From contig CBDFIQ010000001.1 in the NCBI GenBank assembly GCA_965248195.1, forward strand, positions 416,001 through 480,000: a DNA stretch of 64,000 bases. Direction: 5' to 3'. This document shows, piece after piece, positions 62,430 to 64,000 of the stretch. Under the pieces are notes generated by a model. That model saw nothing but the letters and a program-made list of their open reading frames with translations. It did not search any database and was not told the DNA's origin. Numbering within the stretch: position 1 is the first letter of the stretch; each line of letters opens with the position of its first letter. A program made the position numbers and the translations under genes. This stretch comes from Longimicrobiales bacterium. Its GTDB lineage: Bacteria > Gemmatimonadota > Gemmatimonadetes > Longimicrobiales > Gaopeijiaceae.

Positions 62430-63982
62430 TGTCAACGACAATGGGACACTCTACGGGATTAATTAGAGAGCAATATCCTGTGTGGTGAGGGAAGGGATGG
62501 GAGGATTGATGTAGACGGCCTCCGGGAGCGGTTTGGGCTTCGGCACACCTGTGACGAAGCGTTCGGGATGAGCGGCCCATGCTTCGCGGAGCACGGATTT
62601 CCTGCCGGCAATGACCTGATCGGCGTTCCCGAAGTGGACCTGCTCGGGGGTTAGCATCGAGATACCGCCATGGCGGTGCTCGGCATTGTACCAGCGGAAG
62701 AACGATCGACACAACGTCTTGGCCTGGCCCTGATCCCCGAACCGCCCGGGAAACGAGGGATGGTACTTCAAGGTTTTGAACTGAGCCTCGGAAAACGGGT
62801 TGTCATCCGACACCTGAGGCCGGCTCAACGAGCGAGTCACGCCGAGGTCAGCGAGAAGTTGAGCGGTGCATTGGCTCGTCATTGGAGCTCCCCGATCCGA
62901 GTGCAGGGTCAGGACCCGGGGCTGGACGCCATGCTTCAGGCAGCTCTGCTGGATCAACCGGCCGGCCAGGGCCGAGTTCTCCCGGTCCGCCACCATCCAG
63001 CCCACGACGTAGCGGCTGTAGATGTCCATGATGACGTAGAGGTAGTAATAGCTCCACTTCTTCGGCCCGAGTAGCCGCGTGATATCCCAGGACCACACCT
63101 GGTTCGGCGCCGTGGCCATCAACTCGGGCTTCTTGTACTCGGGATGGGTGCGCTGCGCCCGGCGTTCCTGAACCGGCACCTCGGAGGCCAGAACACGATA
63201 CATCGTGCGTTCGCTGCACAGGTAGACCTCTTCGTCGAGCAGCGTGGCCACCACCTCGGCGGGTGAGCGGTCCACGAACCGCTCCGAACACAGCGTGTCG
63301 AAGACCTCGCCTCGTTCCGTCTCGCTCAATGCCCGGGCGGGCGTCGGGCGGGGCTGCCGTTGCCCGGTCGATGGGCCTCGACGACGGTAGAACGTCGATC
63401 GGGAGACCTCGAGAGCCGCGCACGCCGGTTTTACACCGACGTGCTTAGCCAGCTCATCGGCCGCCTTCAAGAGTTCGTCCCGTCGTCGAGGCTTATCCCC
63501 AGCAGCCCCGCAACTTTTCCCTGCACGTCGATGATCAGGTGTGCCTTCCTGAGCTCATTCTCGAGCCGTGCGTTTTGCCGCTCCAGCTTGCGTACCTTCT
63601 CATCCAGCGGATTCCGCTCCGGCTTGCGGCCGCGTTTCTTCGACAGGGCCTTCAGCGACCCGCTATGCGCCGCCTTGCGCCACGTCGTCAGGTGCGACGA
63701 GTACAGGCCCTCGCGCCGCAGGAGCTGACCCACCTCGCCGGGCTCGGTGCACCGGTCCGCTTCTTCGACGATCCGCAGCTTGTACGATGGACTGAACCGC
63801 CGGCGTAGCGGCCTATCTACTACCTCCGGGTCCGCAGGAGCTGCCGCGCTTCGCTTGGCCTCCCCGATTCCAGGGGCACTACCATTCTCTTCCATTCTCT
63901 CTCGCAGTCCCAACATGTTCGTTTTCTCTGCCTTCGCCCTACTCTAATTCTTTGCGTGCTCCGTGTCTCACGTACGTTGGCA
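62430..63982 (-). mobile_element. IS3 family element (orfA 63467-63916, orfB 62463-63470)
   Basis: WSWDIT, HSDRG, DNPFSEAQFKTLK; IRs TGTCAACG..GGACAC / TGCCAACG..AGACAC; no TSD seen. Confidence 0.9.
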
Positions 63983-64000
63983 GAGAGGGCGATAACGGCC

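Overview
GC-rich bacterial accessory region. The host is inferred to be Gemmatimonadota from the recurring kinase N-terminus MxDPITRLNAALEGRY. From 1 to 42 kb it is a patchwork of mostly secreted or Tat-exported catabolic enzymes and beta-propeller proteins. From about 21 to 38 kb the spacers between these genes are built from same-strand fragments of one ancestral locus: membrane-protein C-terminus, putative promoter, Ser/Thr kinase N- and C-termini, and a MKAQIPWLRVFVEG gene. The cargo sits where the kinase body should be, like a cassette array with no integrase. The 12-42 kb block is bracketed by a direct repeat of the ridA 3' end. From 43 to 64 kb there are decayed defence-type genes and two attP-like junctions built on the 3' half of tRNA-Pro(GGG), which delimit an integrase-less 15.4 kb unit. 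That unit holds integron attC cassettes, a probable AhpD-like selenoprotein (in-frame UGA in CxxU plus a SECIS-like hairpin), an IS1111-type IS110 element inserted in an attC with visible target-matching guides in its non-coding end, and a PaoABC-like molybdo-flavoenzyme. There are also three near-identical IS256 copies and one IS3. All family assignments come from motif recognition by eye; no searches were run.
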